Assembly (NCBI GenBank): GCA_016871595.1
Contig: VHCY01000001.1
Span: forward strand, 6,870-70,869
From: Verrucomicrobiota bacterium
Lineage (GTDB): Bacteria > Verrucomicrobiota > Verrucomicrobiia > Opitutales > Opitutaceae
Reading direction: 5' to 3'
DNA length: 64,000 nucleotides
The position numbers and the translations under genes were made by a program. Under the pieces are notes generated by a model, which was given only the letters and a program-made list of their open reading frames with translations, ran no database searches and was not told where the DNA came from. This document shows, piece after piece, positions 41,476-50,552 of the stretch; positions within the stretch are counted from its first letter, which is position 1, and every line of letters starts with the position of its first letter.

Positions 41476-41498
41476 GGCAGTCAGGGCCCGAGCCAGCC

Positions 41499-42884
41499 TC
41501 AGCCCGGTAGCTTTTCGACGATCTCCTCCAGAGGGTAGGTCACGATCTCGGCCAAAGTCGGATGGTACCAGGGCGCCCGCAACAGGTCGGCCGCGGTGGC
41601 GCGCATCGCCATCGGGCCGGTGAAAGCGTGGATGAGTTCACCGGCGGACGGGCCGACGATCTCCACGCCCAGCAGCCGGCCACGCCGCGGCTCCGCGAGG
41701 ACCTTCACGTGACCGTGGAGGGCCTCCATCAGGATGGATTTGCCGTGATCATTGAAGGGATAGCTGGCCGCCAGATAGGGCCGGCCGGCCGCCTGGAGCT
41801 CCCGTTCCAAAAGTCCCAGGGTCGCCACCTGCGGGTCGGTGAAGACCACGTTCAGCAACAGGGAGAAGTCCACGGGCTTCAGTCCTTTGACGCCCGCGGC
41901 GTGCCGGGCCGCCAATTCGCCCTGTTGAATGGCGATGTGCACGATCTCCGCCGGTCCGCTGCAATCGCCCCCCGCGTAAATATGGGGCTGTGAGGTTTGC
42001 TGCCACCGATTGATCCCCACGCGGCCACCGGGGAGGACGCGGACCCCCGCCGCCGCCAGGTCGAGTCCGGCGGTGTGCGGCTCCCGGCCCAAGGCGTTCA
42101 CCAGATGGGGCGTGCGGAGCGTGTGGCTTCGGCCTGCGTGCGTGTAGTCCACGCGGAACCCGCGCGGGGTGCGCGCCACCCGTTCGAGGCGGGTATCCGT
42201 GATGATCCGCAGGCCTTCCTCCCGCAGGGCCGCCGTCACCGCTTGCGCCGCCTCGGGCGAATGGTCGCGGAGCAGTTGCGCGCTCCGCTGGATCACGGTC
42301 ACCCGGGAACCCAACCGCGCCAGCAACTGCGCCAACTCGCAGGCCACGACGCCCCCTCCCAGCACGACCACCTGCGGCGGCAGGAAATCGAGATCCAAGA
42401 CCTCGTCGCTGGTCCAGGCCTGGGCTTCGGCCAGGCCGTCGATGGGCGGGACCGAGACCCGGGAACCGGTGGCGATCAGGAACTGCTTCGCCCGTAGCCG
42501 CTGCCCGTTGGACAAGGCGAGCGTGTGCGGATCTAGGAACCGGGCCTGCGCGCGGATCAGGGAGAAGTCCGCCCGGGCCATCGCCTGCTGCCGATAGGAC
42601 GCGAACTCGCCGATGATCCGCCGCTTGCGGGCGGCCAGCTTGGGCATATCCGCCCTCGCGGAGGGCACCCGCAGGCCGAACCGGCCCGCGTGGCGCGCGT
42701 GATGCAGGACCTCGGCCGCGTAAAGCAGGGTCTTGGAGGGCATGCAGCCCCGCAAAATGCAGAGCCCGCCCAATTCCTTCGCCCCATCGATCAGCGCCGT
42801 CCGGCGGCCCAAGGCCGCCGCGACCCGCGCCGCATTGAAGCCGGCGCTGCCGCCGCCGATCACCGCGAAATCAAAGGTCCGCAT
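41499..42884 (-). CDS. Pyridine nucleotide-disulfide oxidoreductase (LpdA/MerA-like class I)
   Basis: IGGGSAG, GGLCILRGCMPSK redox disulfide, HPTLAE; lacks the MerA C-terminal CC pair. Confidence 0.9.
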   Translation of the reverse strand: MRTFDFAVIGGGSAGFNAARVAAALGRRTALIDGAKELGGLCILRGCMPSKTLLYAAEVLHHARHAGRFGLRVPSARADMPKLAARKRRIIGEFASYRQQAMARADFSLIRAQARFLDPHTLALSNGQRLRAKQFLIATGSRVSVPPIDGLAEAQAWTSDEVLDLDFLPPQVVVLGGGVVACELAQLLARLGSRVTVIQRSAQLLRDHSPEAAQAVTAALREEGLRIITDTRLERVARTPRGFRVDYTHAGRSHTLRTPHLVNALGREPHTAGLDLAAAGVRVLPGGRVGINRWQQTSQPHIYAGGDCSGPAEIVHIAIQQGELAARHAAGVKGLKPVDFSLLLNVVFTDPQVATLGLLERELQAAGRPYLAASYPFNDHGKSILMEALHGHVKVLAEPRRGRLLGVEIVGPSAGELIHAFTGPMAMRATAADLLRAPWYHPTLAEIVTYPLEEIVEKLPG

Positions 42885-42893
42885 AAATTGAGC

Positions 42894-43457
42894 TTAAGCC
42901 GCGATCGCCGTCCGCACCGCCGCGGCCTGTGCCGGGGACACGACCCGCGCCGCCACCTCCAGGCCGAAGGCCAGGGCCGTACCAGCCCCGCGCGAAGTGA
43001 TGAGTCGCCCATCGACCACGACGGCCTCACCCCACTCCGCCCGCGGCAACTCCCCAGCCACGGAGGGATGCGCCGTGTGCCGGCGCCCGCCGAGGACGCC
43101 TGCGTCCAGCAATACCGTCGGCGCCGCGCAAATCGCCGCGATCCAACCGCCGGCGGCGTCCTGGGCCCGCACCCGCGCCAGCAGGCCCGCGTGGCGCCGC
43201 AGCAGCGCCACCGCCGGGCCTCCCGGGAGCAGCAAACAGTCGTGGGCGCCTTCACCAAGGGCATCCCAGCGGGTATCCGCGACCAAGGTGAGTCCGTTGC
43301 GCCCACGCACGGGGAGCGTCGCGTCCAAGGCGGCAAGGGTCACCTCAGCCCCGGCCCGGCGGAGGACGTCCACCGGGGCCACCACCTCCAGTTCCTCAAA
43401 GCCGGGCGCGAGGGGCACCAGAACCTTGCGCGGGAGGGCAGGGGAGGCGAGGGACAC
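42894..43457 (-). CDS. DJ-1/YajL/ThiJ-family protein
   Basis: GFEELE, DVLRRAG, LLPGG, AAICAAP, ITSRGAGTA. Confidence 0.93.
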   Translation of the reverse strand: MSLASPALPRKVLVPLAPGFEELEVVAPVDVLRRAGAEVTLAALDATLPVRGRNGLTLVADTRWDALGEGAHDCLLLPGGPAVALLRRHAGLLARVRAQDAAGGWIAAICAAPTVLLDAGVLGGRRHTAHPSVAGELPRAEWGEAVVVDGRLITSRGAGTALAFGLEVAARVVSPAQAAAVRTAIAA

Positions 43458-43550
43458 CCCGGGAACGTTTCGCCGGGGTCGCGACGCGACAAGGCGAAAC
43501 GCGGGAAGGATTAGCCTCGCGCGGGCGGCACGAGTCGCTGCGATGGAGGA

Positions 43551-44429
43551 ATGGACGCGGACTCAGGTGGCGGCGTTTTCATCGTCGGGTGCGGCTACGT
43601 CGGTCAGGCGGTGGCGCTCCGGTTGCGTGCCCGTGGGGTGAGGGTCACGGGGCTCACCCGCAATCCGGATACCGCCGCGGCGCTGGAGCGCGCGGGAATC
43701 TCGGCGTTGATCGCGGAATTGTCCGGGGACGCCTGGCATTCGCGGGTGCCGGAGGGGATTGCCGCGGTCGTCAATTGCGTGAGCGCCGGCGGAGGCGGAC
43801 TTGAAGGTTACCGGCGCAGCTACGTCGAGGGGATGCAATCGCTGCTGCGCTGGGCGCGCCCGCGCCCGGGGATTCGCACCGTGGTCTACACGGGCAGCAC
43901 CTCCGTCTATCCGGTTTCCGGGGGCGCGGAGATCGATGAGACCGCCCCGGTGGGGGGCGGGGAACGCGCGCAGTTGCTGTTGGAGGCGGAGCGGCTCCTG
44001 TTGGCGGAGCCGGCGGCTTTCCGGGCCTTTGTCCTGCGGCTGGCGGGGATTTACGGGCCCGATCGGGATCATCTGGCGCGGCAGGTCCGTGCGGGGGCGA
44101 TTTCCGGACGCCCGGAGGTGCACCTGAACCTGATCCACCGCGACGACGCCGCGGCGGGCGTGGAGGCCGTGCTGCGGGCGGCGCCCGGGATTCCCGGCGG
44201 AATCTACAATCTGGCTGACGACGGCGCGGCCACGCGTGGCGAGGTCGTGGCGTGGCTGGCGTCCCGGTTGGGCGTGCCGCCGCCGGTCTTCACCGGCGAG
44301 GAAGGGCCTCGCCGCGAGGGGCCGGCGCCGGACCGCATCATCCGGAGCCGCCGCGCGCGGGATCTGCTGGGCTGGCGGCCACAGTACCCCGACTTCCGCG
44401 CGGGCTACGCCGGTTTTGTATCGCCTTGA
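43551..44429 (+). CDS. NAD-dependent epimerase/dehydratase family protein
   Basis: GCGYVG, GSTSVY, LRLAGIYGP, NLIHRDD, LGWRPQYP. Confidence 0.88.
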   Translation: MDADSGGGVFIVGCGYVGQAVALRLRARGVRVTGLTRNPDTAAALERAGISALIAELSGDAWHSRVPEGIAAVVNCVSAGGGGLEGYRRSYVEGMQSLLRWARPRPGIRTVVYTGSTSVYPVSGGAEIDETAPVGGGERAQLLLEAERLLLAEPAAFRAFVLRLAGIYGPDRDHLARQVRAGAISGRPEVHLNLIHRDDAAAGVEAVLRAAPGIPGGIYNLADDGAATRGEVVAWLASRLGVPPPVFTGEEGPRREGPAPDRIIRSRRARDLLGWRPQYPDFRAGYAGFVSP

Positions 44430-44472
44430 GCGGATCGCCCGGGTCACTTCCGGGGTTAATCTTACCCTTCCT

Positions 44473-44781
44473 ATGGCTGGACTCGGCAAACTGGTGAAAC
44501 AGGCGGAGAAAATGAAGCGCGGCATCGAGGCGCTGCAGGCCCAGCTGGACGCGAAGGAGATCGACGTCTCGAGCGGGGGCGGGGCCGTGAAGGTCAAGGT
44601 CACGGGCAGCGGCCGCTTCGTGGCCCTCACGCTCGATCCGGAGTTCCTCAAGGAGGATGCCAAGCTGGTGGGGGACACGGTATTGGCCGCGGTGCAGGAT
44701 GCGGCCAAGCAGGCGAAGGACTACCACGAATCCGAGATGCAGAAGGTCACCGGCTCCTTCCAGATGCCGGGCTTGTTTTAA
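44473..44781 (+). CDS. ybaB: YbaB/EbfC nucleoid-associated protein
   Basis: KLVKQAEKM, SGGGAVKV, MPGLF end; directly upstream of recR. Confidence 0.92.
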   Translation: MAGLGKLVKQAEKMKRGIEALQAQLDAKEIDVSSGGGAVKVKVTGSGRFVALTLDPEFLKEDAKLVGDTVLAAVQDAAKQAKDYHESEMQKVTGSFQMPGLF

Positions 44782-44814
44782 TTTGTCCGGGGGCGGCCCC
44801 GGTCTTCCGCGGCG

Positions 44815-45411
44815 ATGAGTCCGGCCTTTGAACGCCTGCAGCAGCAGCTGAAGCAGTTGCCCGGCTTGGGCTATCGGTCGGCCGAGCGCATCGCGCTGCA
44901 CCTTCTGGTGGAGAAGCCCGCGCGCCTGCCGGAGCTGGTGGCGGCGCTGGAAGCGGCCGCGGCCGCGGTACGCCGGTGCGAGCGGTGCGGCAACGTGGCC
45001 GAGGGCCCCGCCTGCGCGATCTGCGCGGATGAGCGCCGCGACGCCGGCGTGGTCTGCGTGGTGGAACACGTGCCCGACCTGGTGGCGATCGAGCGCAGCG
45101 GGGCTTTCCGGGGCCGTTACCACGTGCTGCACGGCAAGCTTTCGCCCATTCAGGGGGTGGGCCCGGAACAGCTGCACCTCGCGCCGTTGCTGGAGCGGGT
45201 GCGTTCGGGGGAGGTCACGGAGCTCATCTTGGCGCTGCCGAATGACGTCGAGGGCGAGGCGACCTGCCATTACCTGACCGAACACCTGCCGGCCGACCGG
45301 GAGGTGCGGACCTCGCGGATCGGCTTTGGCCTGCCGAGCGGGGGAGGGGTGCTTTATGCGGATGCGGTGACCCTGCGGAGCGCCCTGGAGGGGCGGAAGG
45401 GCTATCGGTAA
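44815..45411 (+). CDS. recR: Recombination mediator RecR
   Basis: LPGLGYRSAER HhH, CERC...CAIC zinc finger, YHVLHG, EGEAT Toprim. Confidence 0.97.
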   Translation: MSPAFERLQQQLKQLPGLGYRSAERIALHLLVEKPARLPELVAALEAAAAAVRRCERCGNVAEGPACAICADERRDAGVVCVVEHVPDLVAIERSGAFRGRYHVLHGKLSPIQGVGPEQLHLAPLLERVRSGEVTELILALPNDVEGEATCHYLTEHLPADREVRTSRIGFGLPSGGGVLYADAVTLRSALEGRKGYR

Positions 45412-45476
45412 TCCTACGCCGGCGCGGATTTACGCTTGCGCCCGATCGTTCTTCACCTACTTCTTTCCGCGCCCTC

Positions 45477-45551
45477 GCGGGCGTAGTATATCGGCTATTA
45501 TGTGGGCTTCCCAAGCCTGAGAGGCGGGTTCGACTCCCGCCGCCCGCACCA
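45477..45551 (+). tRNA. tRNA-Gly (anticodon CCC), CCA encoded, A73 discriminator
   Basis: Acceptor GCGGGCG/CGCCCGC, anticodon arm TGGGC-TTCCCAA-GCCTG, T arm GCGGG-TTCGACT-CCCGC, ends ACCA. Confidence 0.95.
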
Positions 45552-45593
45552 ATTTCCACCCGCACCCTAAACCTTAGTCCCTAAAACCAAATT

Positions 45594-45806
45594 ATGAAGA
45601 AGCTCCTTTCCCTCCTCTTTGTGTCCGCCTTCGCCACGGGTCTCGCCTTCGCGGGCGCGGCCGAGAGCAAGCCCGGCAAGTGCTGCGCCGCCGCCGCCAA
45701 GGACGGCAAGGCCTGCGCCCACAAGTGCTGCGTCGACGCCGCCAAGGATGGCAAGAACTGCACCAAGTGCGGTGGCGCCGGCGACATCGCCAAGGCCAAG
45801 AAGTAA
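45594..45806 (+). CDS. Small secreted cysteine-rich protein (70 aa)
   Basis: MKK-hydrophobic-AFA signal peptide, two KCCxxAAKDGKxC repeats, GC3-rich codons, terminator downstream. Confidence 0.8.
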   Translation: MKKLLSLLFVSAFATGLAFAGAAESKPGKCCAAAAKDGKACAHKCCVDAAKDGKNCTKCGGAGDIAKAKK

Positions 45807-45832
45807 GCGGACCCCGTTTCCGTTTTCTTTTC

Positions 45833-45860
45833 GAGCCGCCCTCCCAAGGGCGGCTTTTTT
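45833..45860 (+). terminator. Rho-independent terminator
   Basis: GAGCCGCCCT-CCCA-AGGGCGGCTT followed by T run. Confidence 0.85.
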
Positions 45861-45915
45861 CGCGCCGGTTGGCTGGCCTCAACGCGGATCAAGGTTCGGA
45901 TCGGGTCTGAATTCG

Positions 45916-45959
45916 ACTGGAGGCACACTGGAGGATCACTGGAAGATCGCTGGTGGCAA
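45916..45959. repeat. Four degenerate 11-bp tandem repeats
   Basis: ACTGGAGGCAC ACTGGAGGATC ACTGGAAGATC GCTGGTGGCAA. Confidence 0.6.
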
Positions 45960-46091
45960 GCCGAGGGCCCGTGCGGTGCCCGTGGAGCCGGCCCCGCCAC
46001 GCCATTCCGCGTCCGCGGCGGTTCACGGCGATTGGAGGGCGCGCCAGCGATGAGCGACCTCGACCAGGATCGGACGATCGCCGGTCGCTCC

Positions 46092-48041
46092 TCAAAGATC
46101 AGCCGGGATTCGTTCGGCCTGCAGGCTGCCCCAGCGCGCGAGCACGCGCCGGTGGAGGTCCGCCGAGGCCAGACCGTGCGCGGCGCGGAGCACCTCGACG
46201 TTCGAACCGTGTTCCACGAAGCGATCCGGCCACCCCAACCGCTCCACCGCGCAGGGGCAGTCGCCCTCCTGCACCACCTCGAGCACCGCGCTGCCAAAGC
46301 CACCAGCCAGCACGTGGTCCTCCAAGGTGACGAGCAGGGGAATGCAAGCCGCGTGGCTCAGCAGCAGGGTCCGGTCGAGCGGCTTCACGAAGCGCGCGTT
46401 CACCACCCCCACGGAAAGGTTCTCCTCCGTGGCCAGGCGGTCGGCGAGGGCGAGGGCGTCTGTGACCATCGAGCCCAAGGCCCAGATCATAATGTTGGAA
46501 CCCTCGCGCAGGACCTCGGCCTGGCCGACGGGCAGCAGCGCGGGCGTCGCCTTAATCGGCTGGCCGGTGCCCGCGCCACGGGGGTAGCGCAGGCACGACG
46601 GACCCGGCAGGTGGAGCCCCGTGTGGAGCATATCGACGAGCTCATCCTCGTCCTTGGGCTGCATCACCGTCAGGTTCGGGACGCACCGCAGGTAGGAAAG
46701 GTCGAACAGGCCGTGATGGGTGGGGCCGTCCGCCGGGGATAGCCCGGCCCGGTCCATACAGAACGTGACCGGCAGGTTCTGCAGGGCGACGTCGTGGATC
46801 ACCTGATCGTAGGCGCGCTGAAGGAACGTCGAATAGATCGCGCAGACGGGCCGGATGCCCTTGGTCGCGAGGCCGGCCGCGAACAGCACGGCGTGCTCCT
46901 CGGCGATGCCCACATCGAAGAACTGGCCGGGCAGGGTGTTCGCCAAGTGCGACAAGCCGGTGCCGCTGGGCATCGCCGCGGTGATCCCCACGATGTTCCG
47001 GTCCGCCTGGGCGAAACGGGTCAGGGCCTGACCGAGCACGTCCTGGTAGTTCGGCGGGGCGCCCGTGGTTCCCTTGCGGCCTTCGCCGGTGAGGGGATCG
47101 AAGGGCGACGCCCCGTGGAAACGCTCCGGGTGTTCGACCGCCGCGGGCAGGCCGCGGCCCTTCTTGGTCAAAACGTGCACCAGCACGGGGACGTCGCAGT
47201 GCTTGGCGAACTCCAGGTTCTTGGCGAGGGCCTCGAGATCGTGGCCATCCACCGGGCCCAGGTAGCGCAGGCCGAACTTCTCGAACAGCGAGGACTCCAC
47301 GAAGAAGTCCTTCGTCTCCCGCTTCCACTTGGTGTAGACCCGGTTCATCTCCACCCCCGCCGGGAAGCTCTTGAAGAAGGCCTCCACGTCGTGGTGGATG
47401 CGGTTGTAGGTGGGGTTCGTGCTGAGACGGTTCAGGTAGCGGGAGATCGCGCCGACGTTGCGCGCGATGGACCACTCGTTGTCGTTCAGGATGACAATCA
47501 GCCGCTTGGTGGCGCTGACCACGTTGTTGAGCGCCTCGAGCGTCACCCCGCAGGTGAAGGCGGCGTCGCCGCAGACCGCCACCACGTGCTCCGCGCTGCC
47601 GCGCAGGTCGCGGGCGGTCGCCATCCCGAGCGCCGCGGAGAGGGCGGTGCCCGCGTGGCCTGCCCCGAAGGCGTCGTGGGGGCTCTCGCCCCGGGTGAGG
47701 AAGCCGCTCGCCCCACCGCTCTGGCGGAGCCGCCGGAAGAAGTCCCCGCCGCGACCGGTCAACAGCTTATGGACGTAGCCCTGGTGGGCCACATCGAAGA
47801 CAAAGGAATCCCGCGGGCTATCGAAGACCCGGTGCAGCGTCACGGTGAGCTCGACCACCCCGAGGTTGGGCCCGATGTGGCCGCCGTTGCGGGCGGTCAC
47901 GGCAATGAGCTCCTCGCGGATCTCCTGCGCCAGCTGCGGCAGCTGCGCGGGGGCGAGGGCCTTGACATCGGAAGGGCCTTGGATCGCGTCGAGCAGGCGG
48001 GGGCCCGCGGGCGCGGGGGTGGCGGCGGTGCGGTGTGGCAT
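46092..48041 (-). CDS. dxs: 1-deoxy-D-xylulose-5-phosphate synthase
   Basis: GGHIGPNLGVVELT, AHQGYVHK, GAGHAGTALS, GDAA..NDN TPP motif, DVGIAEEHAV, YSTFLQRAYDQ, DGPTHHG. Confidence 0.97.
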   Translation of the reverse strand: MPHRTAATPAPAGPRLLDAIQGPSDVKALAPAQLPQLAQEIREELIAVTARNGGHIGPNLGVVELTVTLHRVFDSPRDSFVFDVAHQGYVHKLLTGRGGDFFRRLRQSGGASGFLTRGESPHDAFGAGHAGTALSAALGMATARDLRGSAEHVVAVCGDAAFTCGVTLEALNNVVSATKRLIVILNDNEWSIARNVGAISRYLNRLSTNPTYNRIHHDVEAFFKSFPAGVEMNRVYTKWKRETKDFFVESSLFEKFGLRYLGPVDGHDLEALAKNLEFAKHCDVPVLVHVLTKKGRGLPAAVEHPERFHGASPFDPLTGEGRKGTTGAPPNYQDVLGQALTRFAQADRNIVGITAAMPSGTGLSHLANTLPGQFFDVGIAEEHAVLFAAGLATKGIRPVCAIYSTFLQRAYDQVIHDVALQNLPVTFCMDRAGLSPADGPTHHGLFDLSYLRCVPNLTVMQPKDEDELVDMLHTGLHLPGPSCLRYPRGAGTGQPIKATPALLPVGQAEVLREGSNIMIWALGSMVTDALALADRLATEENLSVGVVNARFVKPLDRTLLLSHAACIPLLVTLEDHVLAGGFGSAVLEVVQEGDCPCAVERLGWPDRFVEHGSNVEVLRAAHGLASADLHRRVLARWGSLQAERIPADL

Positions 48042-48045
48042 CGGC

Positions 48046-48291
48046 TCAGGCCTCCCGGGCGGTTTCAAAGCGCTCGGTCACGAGGGCCCCGTCCTTCTGC
48101 CGGCGAAGCTGTTCGATCCGGAGCTCGGCCTCCTGGAGCCGTCCCTCGCACACCTTGAGCAGTTGCGTGCCCTGCTCGAAGCGGGCGATGAGGTCGGCGA
48201 GGGGGACATCGCCCGCCTCCATCGATTCCACGATGGCCTCGAGCCGGGTGAGGGCCTCCTCAAACGAAGGTTGCACGGAAGAGCTTTCCAC
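48046..48291 (-). CDS. xseB: Exodeoxyribonuclease VII small subunit
   Basis: SFEEALTRLEAIVESME..GDVPL..FEQG..C..RL..AE; upstream of dxs. Confidence 0.93.
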   Translation of the reverse strand: MESSSVQPSFEEALTRLEAIVESMEAGDVPLADLIARFEQGTQLLKVCEGRLQEAELRIEQLRRQKDGALVTERFETAREA

Positions 48292-48372
48292 GTCGGCACG
48301 ATGGAGCCGGACCGCGGTATTTCAAATCATCTTTCGGCTCGCGGCGTCCGCGCGATCGCATCTCGTGGTCGG

Positions 48373-49629
48373 ATGGTTTCCGTCCTCTGGATCGCCCTCG
48401 GCCTGCTGGCCCTCCGCCTCGCCGCCTCCCTCGTCCTGTCCGCCCTCAATCGCGCGGAGGTGCGCCGGAACGCCGCGAGCGCACCGCCCGCCGTCGCGGC
48501 GACGATGGACGCGGCCACCTATCGCCGGGCGGTGGATTACACCCTGGCCCGCTCGCGCTTCGGGATGCTGTCCGAGGTGTTCGACACACTGGTGCTGGCC
48601 CTTGCCCTGCTCAGCGGGATTCTGCCCCTGCTCTTCAATGAGACGGCCGTCTGGGGCGATCCGGACTCCACTTGGAACCAGGCCCTCTTCGTCCTGCTGG
48701 CGAGCGTTCTCCTGGCGATCCCCTCGCTGCCGTTCGAATGGTGGGAGCAGTTCCGGCTGGAGCAACGCTTTGGCTTCAATCAGTCGACCCCGCAATTGTG
48801 GGTCACCGACAAGTTGAAGGGCACGGCCCTGATGTTTCTGCTGGGTTTCCCGCTGCTGTGGGCGCTGCTCTCGCTGGTGCGCTGGGTCGGCGCCGCGTGG
48901 TGGCTCTGGGGCTTCGCCCTGCTCTTCGGGTTCCAACTGCTGATGCTCATCCTCTATCCCAAGCTCATTCTTCCCCTGTTCAACAAGCTCACGCCCTTGC
49001 CGGAGGGGGCGTTGCGCGATCGTCTGATGGCGCTCGGCGACCGCACGGGCTTCCAGGCACGCGCGATCGAGGTCATCGACGGTTCCAAGCGCTCCGGCCA
49101 CTCGAACGCGTACTTCACGGGCTTCGGCCGCTTCCGGCGGATCGTGCTGTTCGACACGCTCGTGGCCCAGCTGACGGCGGAGGAGCTGGAGGCCGTGCTC
49201 GCCCACGAGATCGGCCATTACCGCCGCGGCCATATCCCCAAGCTGATCGCGCTCTCGGCGCTGATGATGCTCTCGGCCTTTGCGGCCATCGCCTGGTTGG
49301 CGAACAGCTCCTGGTTCAACCCCGCCTTCGGGTTCCCGCCCGCCCAGCTCGCGCCCTCATTCCTGCTCTTCGGGCTGCTCAGCGGCGCCGTCACCTTCTG
49401 GTTCTCCCCGCTTAGCAACCTGCTTTCGCGCCGTCACGAGTACGAGGCGGACGCCTTCGCCCGGGAAGCGGTCGGCGGGGCGGCCCCGATGATCGCCGCG
49501 CTTCGCAAGCTGGCGCAGAAGAACCTCACCAACCTCACTCCGCACCCGTGGTACAGCGGGTTCCATTACTCGCACCCCACGCTGGTGGAGCGGGAACGGG
49601 CGCTGCTGGCGGCGCCCGCCCGGGGGTGA
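48373..49629 (+). CDS. M48 (Ste24-like) membrane zinc metallopeptidase
   Basis: Multiple TM helices, DGSKRSGHSNAYFTG, AHEIGH (HExxH), EYEAD, YSHP. Confidence 0.94.
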   Translation: MVSVLWIALGLLALRLAASLVLSALNRAEVRRNAASAPPAVAATMDAATYRRAVDYTLARSRFGMLSEVFDTLVLALALLSGILPLLFNETAVWGDPDSTWNQALFVLLASVLLAIPSLPFEWWEQFRLEQRFGFNQSTPQLWVTDKLKGTALMFLLGFPLLWALLSLVRWVGAAWWLWGFALLFGFQLLMLILYPKLILPLFNKLTPLPEGALRDRLMALGDRTGFQARAIEVIDGSKRSGHSNAYFTGFGRFRRIVLFDTLVAQLTAEELEAVLAHEIGHYRRGHIPKLIALSALMMLSAFAAIAWLANSSWFNPAFGFPPAQLAPSFLLFGLLSGAVTFWFSPLSNLLSRRHEYEADAFAREAVGGAAPMIAALRKLAQKNLTNLTPHPWYSGFHYSHPTLVERERALLAAPARG

Positions 49630-50552
49630 GCCCGAGGCTGGCTCCCCGCATCGGTCGCGGTCGGAGGACCGGGGTGCTCCTCCTGCTGTTGGCCGCGGGC
49701 CGGTTGGCCGGGGAACCCCTTCGGATCGCGACCTGGAATATCGCCAACTACGGACCGGCCGGCCGCGTGACCGCCGCCGGTTACCGCTCCGAATATCCCA
49801 AGCCGGAGGCCGAAAAGGCCGCCCTGCGAGCCGCTTTACACCGCCTCGACGCCGATGTGCTGGCCCTGCAGGAAATGGGTCCGCCCGCGTATCTGGAGGA
49901 ACTGGCGCGCGACCTCGCCCGGGAGGGGCTCCATTACCCCCACCGCGCCATCGCCGCGGACGGCGAGCCCCGGCGCAACGCCCTGCTGTCACGACGTCCG
50001 CTTCACGCGGTCCACACGCACCGGGACCTGGAGTTTCCCTACCTGGGCCAGACCACCCGCCTGCGCCGCGGCTTGCTGGAAGCGACGCTCGTCACTTCCG
50101 AGGGCGACCTCACGCTGATCGTCCTGCACCTGAAGAGCCCCTTGTCCGACGACCCCCGCGATCCCCGGGCAGACGCGCTCCGGCGGGCGGAGGCCGGGGC
50201 GGTGCGGGACCGCCTGCGCGAACGCTTCCCCGATGCCCGTGGCGCCCGTTTCCTGCTCTTGGGCGACTGCAACGAGGTCCCGAATGGCCCAGCGGTGCAA
50301 CTGCTCCGTCGGCGCGGCCGCACCGAGGTGCTCCGCCTGGCGCCGGCGGCCGATGAGCGGGGCGACTCGTGGACGCACCACTACCGCCGGGGGGAGACCT
50401 ACGCGCGGGTCGATCTGATCCTGTTCTCGCCCGCCTTGGCGCCGTGGGTCGCGGGGCCGGGCGTGATTCTGGACGGACCGGACGTGCGTCAGGCCAGCGA
50501 CCACCGTCCGGTGGTCATTGAATTGGCGCTGAGCCCCATCAGCGGGGGCTGA
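49626..50552 (+). CDS. Endonuclease/exonuclease/phosphatase family protein, secreted
   Basis: ATWNIAN, DVLALQEM, HLKS, GDCN, SDHRPV; GTG 49626 start assumed. Confidence 0.88.
   Translation: MSPRLAPRIGRGRRTGVLLLLLAAGRLAGEPLRIATWNIANYGPAGRVTAAGYRSEYPKPEAEKAALRAALHRLDADVLALQEMGPPAYLEELARDLAREGLHYPHRAIAADGEPRRNALLSRRPLHAVHTHRDLEFPYLGQTTRLRRGLLEATLVTSEGDLTLIVLHLKSPLSDDPRDPRADALRRAEAGAVRDRLRERFPDARGARFLLLGDCNEVPNGPAVQLLRRRGRTEVLRLAPAADERGDSWTHHYRRGETYARVDLILFSPALAPWVAGPGVILDGPDVRQASDHRPVVIELALSPISGG

Noticed and set aside
41499-42884. Mercuric reductase MerA
   Set aside because: No N-terminal HMA domain, no C-terminal Cys-Cys pair and no mer operon context.
45916-45959. Short repeats as a CRISPR array; GCTGGTGG as a Chi site
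   Set aside because: The units are 11 bp with no spacers and there are no cas genes. A single E. coli Chi octamer is expected by chance in GC-rich DNA.
45477-46091. tRNA-Gly as an integration site for a genomic island
   Set aside because: No integrase nearby, and I saw no duplicated tRNA 3' end (att repeat) in the window.
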